Shown one piece after another: positions 42,801 to 53,975 of a stretch of DNA of 64,000 nucleotides. The DNA is taken from positions 149,482,001 to 149,546,000 of the forward strand of contig NC_082710.1 of the NCBI RefSeq assembly GCF_030144855.1, read 5' to 3'. The number at the start of each line of letters is the position of its first letter. Position 1 is the first letter of the stretch. Made by a program: the position numbers and the translations under genes. This DNA comes from Hypanus sabinus (taxonomy: Eukaryota). Below the pieces are notes generated by a model. It was not told the DNA's origin, ran no database searches, and saw only the letters and a program-made list of their open reading frames with translations.

Positions 42801-44031
42801 TGTCCTCCAGTTATCGCAAAGGGTGTTTTACAGCGGCGTTTTTTTTTTGCTAAATCGCCTTGAAATGCGCTAATGTATTGAATGAAATCAAAGGTTCGTG
42901 CGAAATGACCGGGCAGGGAGCAATCAGAGGTGAAGAGGGCAAAGGTTCGCGGACCATGTGATCTCAGCTCTTCACAGCCTATTGGCTGAGATCAGGCGTT
43001 CTTATCAGAGCGCAGCTATACCAAGTCTTCATTTAGGATTGAGAACGAAAGCGACGCAGGGCGGTGATGGATGAGGATGGCCGGACAGATCAGCAGATCG
43101 GTGATGAAGGCCGAGGAGTGCAGCGCTACTACTTGCGGGCTGGAAATACAGAACGCAGTCGGATTGAGCGTCCGACTTAAGCAGGTACTCTGGTCAACGG
43201 AGATAATACGTCCCCAATATCGCCCTCTCTCTGAGAGACGACTTCCTATGCGATTCCATGAGGTTTTGTGTTGACCACAGAGATTTTACCCCAAAAAAAG
43301 TCCGATCTTCAAAAATATTCCAAATTAATGTTATTTACAAAAACCATTAGTTGACACTCATGCACTGTCTGGTTGTCTGTCACCTCCACTGAGCGCAAAC
43401 AGTGCATGACAGCGGCATTTTTTTGCTAAATCTCCTGAAAATGCGCTGAAATACAGAATGAAGGCAAGGATAGTACTTCCGAAGCAGGCAGGGCAACTAA
43501 CAGTGGTAATGAGGGCAAAGGTTCACGGACCAGGCGACCTCAGCATTTCTCGGCCTTTTGGCTGAGATCAGGCGTTCTTCTCAGAGCGCAGCTATAACAA
43601 GTGTTCTTATTAGGACACAGAAAGAATGCGACGCAGGGCAGCGATGGAAAGAAGGATCGGTGAAGAAGGCGGTGAGAGCAGGGCTTCGACTTGCCGGGCT
43701 GGAATGCAGAACGCTGTATGATGGTGTCCGAGGTTAGAAAACTTACCCAGATGAACGTGTAATAAACGTACCCAATGTCGCCCTCACATTGAGAAACCTC
43801 TTCCTACGTGGCTGTATCATGTTGTGTGTGGATCTCAGGTTCTTTTGCCCAAAAATACACTTTATTCAGAAATACCTCAAAATAAATTTATTTGCAAAAC
43901 CCATTTGTTTACTCTGATTCTCTGTCTGTTTGTGACCTGCAGTGAGGGCAAAGTGTGCTGTGCACCGGCATTTTGTTTGGCCAAATCACATTTAAGTACA
44001 CTAACGTAGTGAAATAAAGCAAAGGTTGGTG

Positions 44032-44097
44032 CTACCTAATCTGGCAGGGAACTGCCGATCATCAGGAGTGCATAGGTTCCTGGGCCAGTCGATCCCA
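44032..44097 (+). pseudogene. U1 snRNA 5' fragment (nt ~1-65) inside a satellite monomer (representative best copy; a version is present in essentially every monomer)
   Basis: 44041-44097 CTGGCAGGGAACTGCCGATCATCAGGAGTGCATAGGTTCCTGGGCCAGTCGATCCCA aligns ungapped to U1 nt 9-65 at 60654-60710 with 45/57 identities (hand count). Confidence 0.88.
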
Positions 44098-44168
44098 GCG
44101 CTTCTCGGCCTTTTGGCTGAGATCAGGCGTTCTTATTAGAGCGCAGCTATAACAAGTGGTCTTATTAG
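44097..44168 (+). pseudogene. U2 snRNA 5' fragment (nt 1-34 joined to 44-52) plus a second partial copy, inside a satellite monomer (representative copy)
   Basis: AGCGCTTCTCGGCCTTTTGGCTGAGATCAGGCGT matches the vertebrate U2 5' end ATCGCTTCTCGGCCTTTTGGCTAAGATCAAGTGT at 30/34. It continues TCTTAT(T/C)AG (U2 TCTTATCAG). CAAGTG(T/G)TCTTATTAG repeats 29 bp later. Confidence 0.88.
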
Positions 44169-47100
44169 GACACAGAGAGGAAGCGACGCAGAGCGGCGAT
44201 GGAAGAAAGGATCGGTGAAAGAGGCGGGGAGAGCAGTGCTTCGATTTGAGGGACTGGAAACCAAAACGCTGTAAGGGTAGGTGTCCGAGATTACAAAACG
44301 TTCCTTGGACAACAGGTAATGAAGTTAGCCAATATCGCCCTCACCCTGCGACACCTCTTCCTTTGTGGATGCATGTGGTTGAGTGTGGTTCCCAGGTTCT
44401 CTTAGCCCAAAAAATACAGTTCATTCAGAAATATTGGAAAGGAAAGTAATTTAGAAAAACCATTTGTTTACTCTGATGTTCTGTCTGTCTATTAACGCCA
44501 GTGAGTGCAAAGTGTGCTGTGTCGCGGAATTTTCGTTGGCTAAATCGCATTAAAATGCACAAACGTATTGAAAGAAGACAAAGGTAGGTACTATCTAATT
44601 TGGCAGCGAGCTGTCAATCATCAGGAGTGCATAGATTTCTGGGCCAGTCGATCCCAGCGCTTCTCGGCCTTTTGGCTGACATCAGGCGTTCTTATTAGAG
44701 CAGAGCTATGACAAGTGTTCTTATTAGGACACAGAGAGGAAGCGGCGATGGAAAAAAGGATCGGTGAAAGAGTCGGGGAGAGCAGTGCTTCGATTTGAGG
44801 GACTGGAAACCAAAACGCTGTAAGGGTAGGTGTCCGAGATTAGACAACGTTCCTTGGAGAACGGGTAATTAAGGTACCCAATGTCGCCCTCACCCTGAGA
44901 CACCTCTTCCTTTGTGGATGCATGAGTTATGGTGTGAATCGCAGGTTTTTCTAGCCACAAAATACACTTTATTCAGAAATATTTCAAAATAAAGTTATTT
45001 ACAAAGACCATTAGTAGACCCTGATGCTCTGTCTGGTTGTGTCCTCCAGTTAGCGCAAAGGGTGTTTTACAGCGGCGTTTTTTTTTTAGCTAAATCGCCT
45101 TAAAATGCGCTAATGTATTGAATGAAATCAAAGGTTCGTGCGAAATGACCGGGCAGGGAGCAATCAGAGGTGAAGAGGGCAAAGGTTCGCGGAACATGTG
45201 ATCTCAGCTCTTCACAGCCTATTGGCTGAGATCAGGCGTTCTTATCAGAGCGCAGCTACACCAAGTCTTCATTTAGGATTGAGAACGAAAGCGACGCAGG
45301 GCGGTGATGGATGAGGATGGCCGGACAGATCAGCAGATCGGTGATGAAGGCCGAGGAGTGCAGCGCTACTACTTGCGGGCTGGAAATACAGAACGCAGTC
45401 GGATTGAGCGTCCGACTTAAGCAGGTACTCTGGTCAACGGAGATAATACGTCCCCAATATCGCCCTCTCTCTGAGAGACGACTTCCTATGCGATTCCATG
45501 AGGTTTTGTGTTGACCACAGAGATTTTACCCCAAAAAAAGTCCGATCTTCAAAAATATTCCAAATTAATGTTATTTACAAAAACCATTAGTTGACACTCA
45601 TGCACTGTCTGGTTGTCTGTCACCTCCACTGAGCGCAAACAGTGCATGACAGCGGCATTTTTTTGCTAAATCACATTAAAATGCGCTGAAATACAGAATG
45701 AAGGCAAGGATAGTACTTCCGAAGCAGGCAGGGCATCTAACTGTGGTAATGAGGGCAAAGGTTCACGGACCAGGCGACCTCAGCATTTCTCGGCCTTTTG
45801 GCTGAGATCAGGCGTTCTTCTCAGAGCGCAGCTATAACAAGTGTTCTTATTAGGACACAGAAAGAATGCGACGCAGGGCAGCGATGGAAAGAAGGATCGG
45901 TGAAGAAGGCGGTGAGAGCAGGGCTTCGACTTGCCGGGCTGGAATGCAGAACGCTGTATGATGGTGTCCGAGGTTAGAAAACGTACCCAGGAGAAAGTGT
46001 AATACACGTACCCAATGTCACCCTCACATTGAGAGACCTCTTCCAATGTGGCTGCATAATGTTGTATGTGTATCCCAGGTTCTTTTCGCCCAAAACTACA
46101 CTTTATTCAGAGATACCTCAAAATAAATTTATTTACAAAAACCATTTGTTTACTCTGATGCTCCGTCTGCTTGTGACATCTAATGAGCGCAAAGTGTGCT
46201 GTGCAGCGGCATTTTGTTTGGCTAAATCGATTTCAAATACACTAACGTATTGAAATAAAGCAAAGATTGGTGCAAACTAATCTGGCAGGGAGCTGTCAAT
46301 CATCAGGAGTGCATGGGGTCCTGGGCCAGTCGATCTTAGCCCTTCTCGACATTTTGGCTGAGATCAGGCGTTCTTATTAGAGCAGAGCTATGCCAAGTGT
46401 CCTTATTAGGACACAGAGAGGAAGCGAGCCAGAGCGGCGATGGAAGAAAGGATCGTTGAAAGAGGCGGGGAGTGCAGTGCTTCGACTTGTGGGACTGGAA
46501 ACCAAAGCGCTGTAAGGGTAGGTGTCCTAGATTAGAAAACGTTCCTTGGAGAACGGGTAATTAAGGTACCCAATGTCGCCCTCACACTGGGAGACCACTT
46601 CCTTTGCGGATGCATCAGTTTTGGTGTGAATCGCAGGTTTTTCTAGCCACAAAATACACTTTATGCAGAAATATTTCAAAATAAATTATTTACAAAGACC
46701 ATTAGTAGACCCTGATGCTCTGTCTGGTTGTGTCCAGTTAGCGCAAAGGGTGTTTTACAGCGGCGTTTTCTTTGGCTAAATCGCCTTAAAATGCGCTAAT
46801 GCATTGGATGAAATCAAAGGTTCCTACGAACAGACCGGAGAGGGAGCTATCAGAGGTGAAAAGGGCAAAGGCTCCCGGAACAGGCGATCCCAGCGTTTCT
46901 CGGCCTTTTGGCTGAGATCAGGCGTTCTTCTTAGAGCGCAGCTGTAACAAGTGTTCTTATTAGGACACAGAAAGAATGCGACGCAGGGCGGCGATGGAAA
47001 GAAGGATCGGTGAAGAAGGCGGTGAGAGCAGGGCTTCGACTTGCCGGGCTGGATTGCGGAACGTTGTATGACAGAGTGTCCGAGGTCAGAAAACGTACAT

Positions 47101-49613
47101 AGGAGAACGTGGAGTAAATGTAACCAATGTCTCCCTCACCTTGAGAGACCTCTTCCTATGTGGCTGCATCAGGTTGTGTGTGGATCCCAGGTTCTCTTAG
47201 CCCAAAAATACACTTTCTTCTGAAATATTTCAAAATAAATTAATTTACAACCACCATTTGTTTACTCTCATGCTCTGTCTGTTTGTGACCTCCAGTGAGC
47301 GCAAAGTGTGCTGTGCAGCGGCATTTTGTTTGGCGAAATCGCATTAAAATGCACTAACGTATTGAAAGAAAGCAAAGGTTGGTACTAACTAATCTGGCAG
47401 GGAGCTGTCAATCATCAGGATTGCATGGGTTCCTGAGCCAGTCGATCCCAGCGCTTCTCGTACTTTTGTCCGAGATCAGGCGTTCTTATTAGAGCGCAGC
47501 TATAACGAGTGTTCTTATTCGGACACTGAGAGAGAACGACGCAGAACGGCGATGGAAAAAGTATCGGTAAAGAAGGCCGGGAGGGCAGTGCTTCGACTTG
47601 CGGGACTGGAAACCACAGCGCTGTAAGGCCAGGTGTCCGAGGTTAGACAACGTTCCTTGGACAACGGGTAATAAAGGTACTCAATGTTGCCCTTTACCCT
47701 GAGAGACCTCTTCCTTTGTGGATGCATCAGTTTTGGTGTGAATTGCCGGTTTGTTTTTAGCCACAAAAGACGCTTTATTCAGAAATAATTCAGTATAAAG
47801 TTATTTACAAAGACCATTAGTTGACTCTGATGCTCTGTCTGTCTGTGTCCTCCAGTTAGCGCAAAGGGTGTTTCACAGCGTCATTTTTATTTTTGGCTGA
47901 ATCGCTTTAAAATGCGCTAATATATTGAATGAAATCAAAGGTTCGTGCAAAATGACCGGGCAGGGAGCAATCAGAGGTGAAAAGGCAAAGGTTCGCGGAC
48001 CATGTGATCTCAGCTCTTCACAGCCTATTGGCTGAGATCAGGCGTTCTTATCAGAACGCAGCTATACCAAGTGTTCATTTAGGATTGAGAACGAAAGCGA
48101 CGCAGCTTGGTGATGGAAAAGAGGATGGCGGGACAGATCCGCGGATCGGTGATGAAGGCCGGGGAGTGCAGCGCTACGTCTTAAGGGGCAGGAATAGAGA
48201 ACGCAGTCAGATTGAGCGTCCGAGGTTAGTTGGTGTCCCGGACAAGGGAGATGATATGTCCCGAATGCCGGCCTCTCCCTGAGAGACGACTTCCTATGTG
48301 ACTGCATCAGGTTTTGTGTTGACCGCAGATCTTTTAGCCCGAAAAGTGTCCTATCTTTAGAAATATTCCAAATTAATGATATTTACAAAAACCATTATTT
48401 GACACTCATGCACTGTCTGGTTGTCTGTCACCTCCAATTAGCGCAAACAGTGCATGACCGCGGCATTCTTTTGCTAAATCGATTTATAATGCGCTAAAAT
48501 ACATAACGAAGGCAAAGATCGTATTACCTAACGAGGCAGGGCGCTATCAGTGGTCAGGATGCAAAGGTTAGCTGACCAGGCGATCTCAGCGTTTCTCGGC
48601 CTTTTGGATGAGATCAGGCGTTCTTCTCAGAGCGCAGCTATAACAAGTGTTCTTATTAGGACACAGAAAGAATGCGACGCAGGGCGACGATGGAAAGAAG
48701 GCGGTGAGAGCAGTGCTTCGACTCGCCGGGCTGGAATGCAGAACGCTGTATGATGGTGTCCGAGGTTAGAAGCCGGTACCCTGGACAGTGGGAAAACTCG
48801 TCCCCAATGTCGCCCTCACGCGGTGGGAAGGCTTCGTATGTGTCTGCATCAGGTTTCGTGTGAATCCCACAGTTTTTTTTTCAAAATAATTTACTTTATT
48901 GAGAAGTATTCCAAAGTAATATTATTTACCAAAACCATTAGTTGACTCTCAGTCCTTATCTGTTTAGTACTAAAATTCTCATGCTCTGTTTCTCTGTTTG
49001 TGACCCCCAATTAGCGCATTACAGCGGCACTTATATTTGGCTAAAATGCGCTAACTTCCAGAATGCCGGCAAAGGTCAGGGTTATATACGTATAAAACTA
49101 TTTATTCACCAAAATCAACAGCTCCGTTTTCACCTGAGGGCCGATCCGCCATCATGGAAATCGGTCCGCCACACCACTACGCATGCGCACGGCCAGCCTC
49201 AGCAGCTGCCCCAAGCGGAGCCAAAGGGCAGGGCAGTTCTATTTTGACTCCCTCCAGGAGTGCACCAACGGGTCACCCCGTTGTCTACTTCACAATAAAG
49301 ATGTTTGCAATAAATTATTCGTTGACTCTCAAACCCCTAGTCAGGAATAAAACCTATTTACAATTAAACTCTTTACAACAAAACAAGGCGTTGACTCTCA
49401 TTGCTTTACAGTCTTGTGGCTGTATAATGAGCAAATCTGACCTGGATTGTAATCACTTGGGAGCAAGTGACTATTATAAAGGTTGCAGCCACTCCTGTGG
49501 CACTATGTTGATTCATCTATCCACACCGCTGATGAGGGGTATACTCCTCACCATCCGACCCCTCCCACCCCCGGGGTTGACGAACCCTAAACTGGACCTT
49601 CCGCAATGGGCCT

Positions 49614-49692
49614 TGGTACACAAAACGCTGGTGGAAAGCCGCAGGCCAGGCAGCATAGGAAGAGTCGACGTTTCGGGCCGAGACCTTTCGAC
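49614..49692 (-). mobile_element. Penelope-associated repeat fragment with truncated minimal hammerhead-like motif
   Basis: The minus strand reads CGAAAGGTCTCGGCCCGAAACGTCGACTCTTCCTATGCTGCCTGGCCTGC, the same family as 54,222-54,325. Confidence 0.55.
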
Positions 49693-50950
49693 ATAACGGA
49701 TTGTTGTCGGTTCAAGGCGGAGGATTTCGCCGGTTGCTATGACGTCACCACCCGGCATGCCGCAGGCGGGCAGAAAGTGCAACAGTATTTAATCGAGGAG
49801 AGGAGCGAGGCGCCGCTGTCGCTACTTCAAGCACAACCCCTCTTCGCCGAGGCAACACAGCAAGAATGAACGGTTACGGTACAAATGCTCAACCCCTATG
49901 TACCTGTCGTTCACGTCCTCACGTTCCGAGCGCGGTATGTGGAGAGCGTGGGAATTGTGTGAACGTCAACGACAATCTAGGAATATGGACCAGTGAACTC
50001 CAAGTCAGGGTGAAGCTGAGGGTGGACTCCAGCAGCTTTGTCATCCACGCACCCTCAGTCTTCGCAATCGGAGGGAACCATCCCCCTTGCAGAACACACA
50101 GGACCCACCACGACGAGGAGGAGTCCACGGAAGAGGGGGGAGCCGAGGGGTAAGAAGGAGCATGGAGCGTGGTTGCCAAACGCAAAAAGCCCCAGAAGGC
50201 TCCTCCAAGAAGACAGCCGGCGGAGAAAGCGGAGAACCCAAAGAAAAGGGCCGTGGAATCTAATACATCCTCTGGTCACCTCTCCACTTCGGCAGAGGAA
50301 GACGGTGGGCAACAGTCGAGAGAACTGTGAAAGTGCTGGCCACCCCCCAAATACAGGAGGTGGAGATCAGCAGAGCCCCTCAGCTCCGGGAAACCGGGAG
50401 CAGTATCGCATCTGGGGCAGCCCCAGGAATCCCTCCGCGTTCAGAGCCCGCACTGCCTCTCCCTAGCGAGGACTACCCGCAGTCCCTGAGCCCACAGCTG
50501 GGGGCAAGACATCACCCAGACGGTGGCATGAGGGGTCAGGAGCGCGAAGGGGAGGACGAGGGTCTGTAAAGGATGACGGACCTTAAACCAGCGACCTTAA
50601 ACGTTCTCATCTGCGTCAGCGCGCTCCAGTACTTGAACACTGTGAATGCCGACGTGACCTTCCTCCAAGTGTGCAGTGTGCCGTGCGGAGAGAGCGGCTC
50701 CCGCCGCTGCTGGTGACGGCCCGGCCGGTCGTTCTGGCCGGAGACTTCAACTGCACCATTGATGCGGCTGGACGATCCGGCAGCGCCGACGGCAGGCTGG
50801 ACAGTACCTCCAGACTCCTGAATGGACACGGTGAAGACAGCCAGGCTGCGCGACGCCTTTGGCGACCCCACAGGTGGAGCGCAGCCGCAAGCCACCTGGA
50901 CACGACCGGACCGCTCAGCCCGCTCCCGGATCGACTTCCTCTTGACTAAC
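49693..50950 (+). mobile_element. Degenerate Tx1-clade non-LTR retrotransposon: ORF1 and start of ORF2 (APE endonuclease)
   Basis: Frameshifted ORF1-like peptides: DCCRFKAEDFAGCYDVT..APLSLL, VTVQMLNPYVPVVHVLTF, LGIWTSELQVRVKLRVD..HAPSVFAIGG. APE-like peptides: RPVVLAGDFNCTID, TWTRPDRSARSRIDFLL. Confidence 0.85.
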
Positions 50951-50974
50951 TGGTCATTAGAAATTAAAGGGAAC

Positions 50975-51560
50975 ATTGCAGTGCAGGTCCTGTGATCCAA
51001 TTCCTTCCCTACTATTGAGTGAATTTATCCTGGAGCAAAGATCCCCACTGTTCAGAGTGAACGTTGTGGGAAGGTGAGGCTGGAAGCAACATCCAAGCAA
51101 GAAGAGTCTGGGGCGGTTGTAGTTAAGTGAGACTGTCGGAGACAAGATAGGCCTGGGTGAGTGAGGTAGTGTGAGCTCAGGCCAGACAAGTGAGGCATCT
51201 GTAATGAGACTTTTACAGAAAGGACTTCCTTTTGCCCCTTTACACAACAAGGACGGAGAAGACAGGTATAATGGAAGGTTGTGAAACTAAAGGACAATTG
51301 TCTTTACTAACCAAGATAACATCGGTTGTCAGCTTGAAGTTCGACTGACTTTTAACACCTCCGTGACAGTTAAGGAATTCAAACAGATGCAATGTATTCA
51401 ATGATTGACATCAGTAACTGACAAGCCAATTCTATGTACCATTTGCAGTTTCTTGCCCCGCCTTCAGAACAGTGTGGGTGACAAGGGCCATGCTTGTGCA
51501 CTAGTAAAATAAAAGCAATGTTTGAGTTGTGAGAGTTTGTGCTCTGTGCCCAGTTATTTT
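50975..51560 (+). mobile_element. Possible LTR-like interspersed repeat interrupting the Tx1 copy
   Basis: Abrupt loss of Tx1 coding similarity. AATAAA (~51,508) is followed by a GT-rich tract. No family recognised. Confidence 0.25.
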
Positions 51561-51654
51561 TGTTATATTAGTTATTTATTTTGATATTGGCGACGACATC
51601 AGAATCAGGACATGGTTTAATATTGTGAAATTTGTTGATTCCAATTCTGGTTCT

Positions 51655-51790
51655 GAAAGATCCCCACCATCCTGACTGCACTCTCATCTCACTACGACCA
51701 TCGGGTAAGAGGTACAGTAGCCTTAGGTTCCTCACTACCAGGTTCAAGAAGAGTTCCTACCCGATAACCATCAGGCTCCCGAACCAGCTT
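51655..51790 (+). mobile_element. Rex1/Babar-type LINE 3' ORF fragment
   Basis: Translates to KDPHHPDCTLISLRPSGKRYSSLRFLTTRFKKSSYPITIRL, matching the typical Rex1 C-terminal 'LPSGRRYR..TTR..NSF.P' motif. Confidence 0.75.
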
Positions 51791-52026
51791 TGATAAATTC
51801 ACCCAGCTGGGCCTGCAACTCACAGACTCACTTCCACAGACACGATGCAAATCAGGTTCTCAATATTATTTTTTTTAATTGCACAATTTGTCTGGAGGAA
51901 GGTGAAATAGCCTCTGCAGCGTTTCATCCCCAGCAGCTGTGTGACAGAGGACCCTCTGATCTCTGTTCCCAGAGACAAACACCATGCGCTCATGGTATTG
52001 GAGTATAAAAGTTGCATTATTTGCTG

Positions 52027-52607
52027 TGTAACCAAAAGAGATGTAGTCAGCTTTGAAACTTGCTATTTGCTATGCATGTATCCAAAATGAAATCCTAGGA
52101 ATGTAAAAGACAATGGTGTGTTAGAGGAAGCTAAGAGATGTAAATTATGTAATCTGAGTTTGCTATTTGCTATGCATGTACCCAATTTAGCAGGAGAATG
52201 AAATATTAAGAATGTAAAAGTCAATGGTGTGTTAATGAGAGGTAGCTAAGAGGTGTAGATAAAAGAGATGTAGTCAGGATTAAGTCACGAAGTATTAAGA
52301 ATGTAAACTTGCTATTTGCTAGAGAATGAAATCTTAGGAATGTAAAAGACAATGGTGTGTTAATGAGAGGCAGCGAAGAGATGTAGATTAGAACATGATT
52401 AAGTCAATGGGTAAAAATAATAGTGACAAGATGTACGTGTGGTACGTGTGAAACTGGACCAGGAGATTGCTATAAAAAATGCCGTGTCCGAGGATCAGCG
52501 ACTAGCTCAATGACTGTCTCAGCTTTGATTTGCAAATTAAAGTTTAACCCTTCTTGAAGAATCTTCTGCGTCTCCTGGTCATTTGTGAGGCACGAAAAAC
52601 CGCGACA
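52027..52607 (+). mobile_element. Probable LTR (TG...CA) with internal imperfect tandem repeats; retroelement leader-like sequence follows to ~53,010
   Basis: Three imperfect repeats of TTGCTATTTGCTA...GAATGTAAAAG.CAATGGTGTGTTA at 52,060-52,390, TATAAAAA at ~52,471, ATTAAA at ~52,536, and an end at ...CGCGACA. Confidence 0.45.
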
Positions 52608-53019
52608 ATGGCAGATCACCAACTCGCTGAAAGGCAAACTCTGTGACTGAGGTGCAGGACACAGGCACAGAGACTGAGCTGGGATGCTTGCGACAACGTG
52701 AACGTTGAGGAATCTTGACACGGAGCTCTGATATGGAGTCTTCACACGGAGACGGGGTTTTCATGGAATATCTTGAAACTGGAGCTGAACTTAGAACTAC
52801 CGGTTCTAAGCGGTCGGGAATCGAAATTACCACACGGGAGTAGACCAGAGGTTGTGACGCCGGGATTCTTACACTGCCATGCTTGATGGAGACCAGGTGC
52901 GCTCGCATTAAGCGAATTAGCAGTAAGTGGGAAATTAAGGATCGGAATCAAGGCATAATCAAAGGAGATTTGGGGCAAAATAGTGGATTAACAATCGGGA
53001 CCATGGCAAACTTTGGTCA

Positions 53020-53245
53020 CCCGAAACTTGTTGGTCTACCAGCACATCGCGATGTCCGTGGAGGAATGCTGCTGATTGGCTCAGTCCAGGCTGCAGGGTC
53101 CGTGCTGCGGGATGCCCTGAAGCTCAGCGCTGCCACCACAAAGGGTAAGTAGGGAATGTCCATGGAGTAGGGTTCCTCACCAACTGGAGAAAGAGGGGAT
53201 GAATAGGTAATTTTGTAGTTTTTTTTTAATAACATTTATTTTGTT
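53020..53245 (+). mobile_element. Tx1-clade ORF2 C-terminus and 3' end
   Basis: LLVYQHIAMSVEECC*LAQSRLQ..VLRDALKLSAATTK resembles the Tx1 ORF2 terminus. It is followed by a T-rich TTTTAATAACATTTATTTTG end like those at 58.4 and 62.98 kb. Confidence 0.75.
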
Positions 53246-53728
53246 TACATTTTTTCTTTTGCACATTGCTGGGCAGTCTTGTTTATTTTCTAGCTTTTCG
53301 CAAATTCTGTTGTATTTCCTCATTTTCCGGAAAATGCATGCCACCGTATCTCGTGGCTGCATACCATAGCGTATTAGATAGCACTGTAATCATGAATTGT
53401 TCTTCTTTTTACCGTATGAAACGCTGTGTTGCGTTAGTGAGCCTACTTCCACTTCTCTTCCAACACTGAAATGCCGCGTTCATTTCTGATGTTGTAATCC
53501 TCATTCAGATTTAACTTCTCTGATTTAGATGGAAGGAAATCACATTGTGTTCATATCAGTTCTGTGATGTTATAGTCACCGCTCCGGACGGCAGATCCTC
53601 AATCGGTTCGTTCCGTCAATGAATCCTCAATAGCTTGAGGCACCCCAAGAACCGGCTTGGCTGTGTCCTGGGGACAGAATCCGCGTCCGGATCCGTCCCA
53701 CGCCCGCAGTCGGTGAATCTGCTGTGCT

Positions 53729-53760
53729 GGGACACCTAGTGGCTGGTTTCAGAACTGCAG
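53729..53760 (-). promoter_or_regulatory. CTCF-like site with upstream (ZF9-11) motif
   Basis: Minus strand CTGCAGTTCTGAAACCAGCCACTAGGTGTCCC: TGCAG upstream module plus CCACTAGGTG core at the usual spacing. Confidence 0.65.
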
Positions 53761-53796
53761 GTGGCTGGTCGGAGACTGTTTCCCCGTAGGGCAGAT

Positions 53797-53804
53797 ATGC
53801 AAAT
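53797..53804 (+). promoter_or_regulatory. Octamer ATGCAAAT (distal sequence element of U1 copy 1), -179
   Basis: Perfect octamer at a DSE-like distance, with a counterpart upstream of U1 copy 2. Confidence 0.8.
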
Positions 53805-53914
53805 AAAACAGTGTGGAACGTTGAAGGGCTGTAATATTTTAAAGTAAAACTAAGATAAAGCATGAGCCACGTTTGTGTCTTTTTGCACCAGCTGAGCTGA
53901 GCGGAAATTGGTAG

Positions 53915-53936
53915 CTCTTGCTGAAGCTAAGGGGTG
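53915..53936 (+). promoter_or_regulatory. Putative proximal sequence element (PSE) of U1 copy 1, starting at -61
   Basis: CTCTTGCTGAAGCTAAGGGGTG aligns ungapped with GTCGTGTTGATGTTAAGGAGTG at the same -61 offset of copy 2. Confidence 0.6.
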
Positions 53937-53975
53937 ATGTATGTGTTTGGCTGGGTGTGCAAAGGGTCGTTAAGT

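Larger units (their letters stand above)
1..49080 (+). repeat. Tandem satellite array, ~560-bp monomer, ~88 copies in window (continues off the left edge), with higher-order repeat structure
   Basis: The anchor TCAGG(C/T)GTTCTT recurs every ~540-575 bp (~77, 617, 1178, 1750, 2304 ... 48614). Near-identical spurious ORFs recur at offsets of 1687, 1677, 2246, 2796, 9519 and 14000 bp. Similarity decays from ~43.9 kb and ends near 49,080. Confidence 0.98.

Noticed and set aside
47383-47389. TACTAAC branch-point consensus at the head of one monomer
   Set aside because: It is present in a single diverged copy, as expected by chance.
89-48753. Dozens of recurring 60-120 aa ORFs in the array
   Set aside because: They are products of the repeat. 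They occur on both strands and overlap, often start at non-ATG codons, have variable stops between copies, and show no recognisable domain.
1-49080. CRISPR array, or a functional tandem snRNA gene cluster
   Set aside because: There are no unique spacers or cas genes and the context is eukaryotic. The snRNA parts are 5' fragments without Sm sites, and I see no octamer and no match to the local PSE upstream of them.
49154-49696. 180-aa ORF at the array edge
   Set aside because: It crosses unrelated sequence blocks, including an antisense Penelope-type repeat, and has no recognisable domain.
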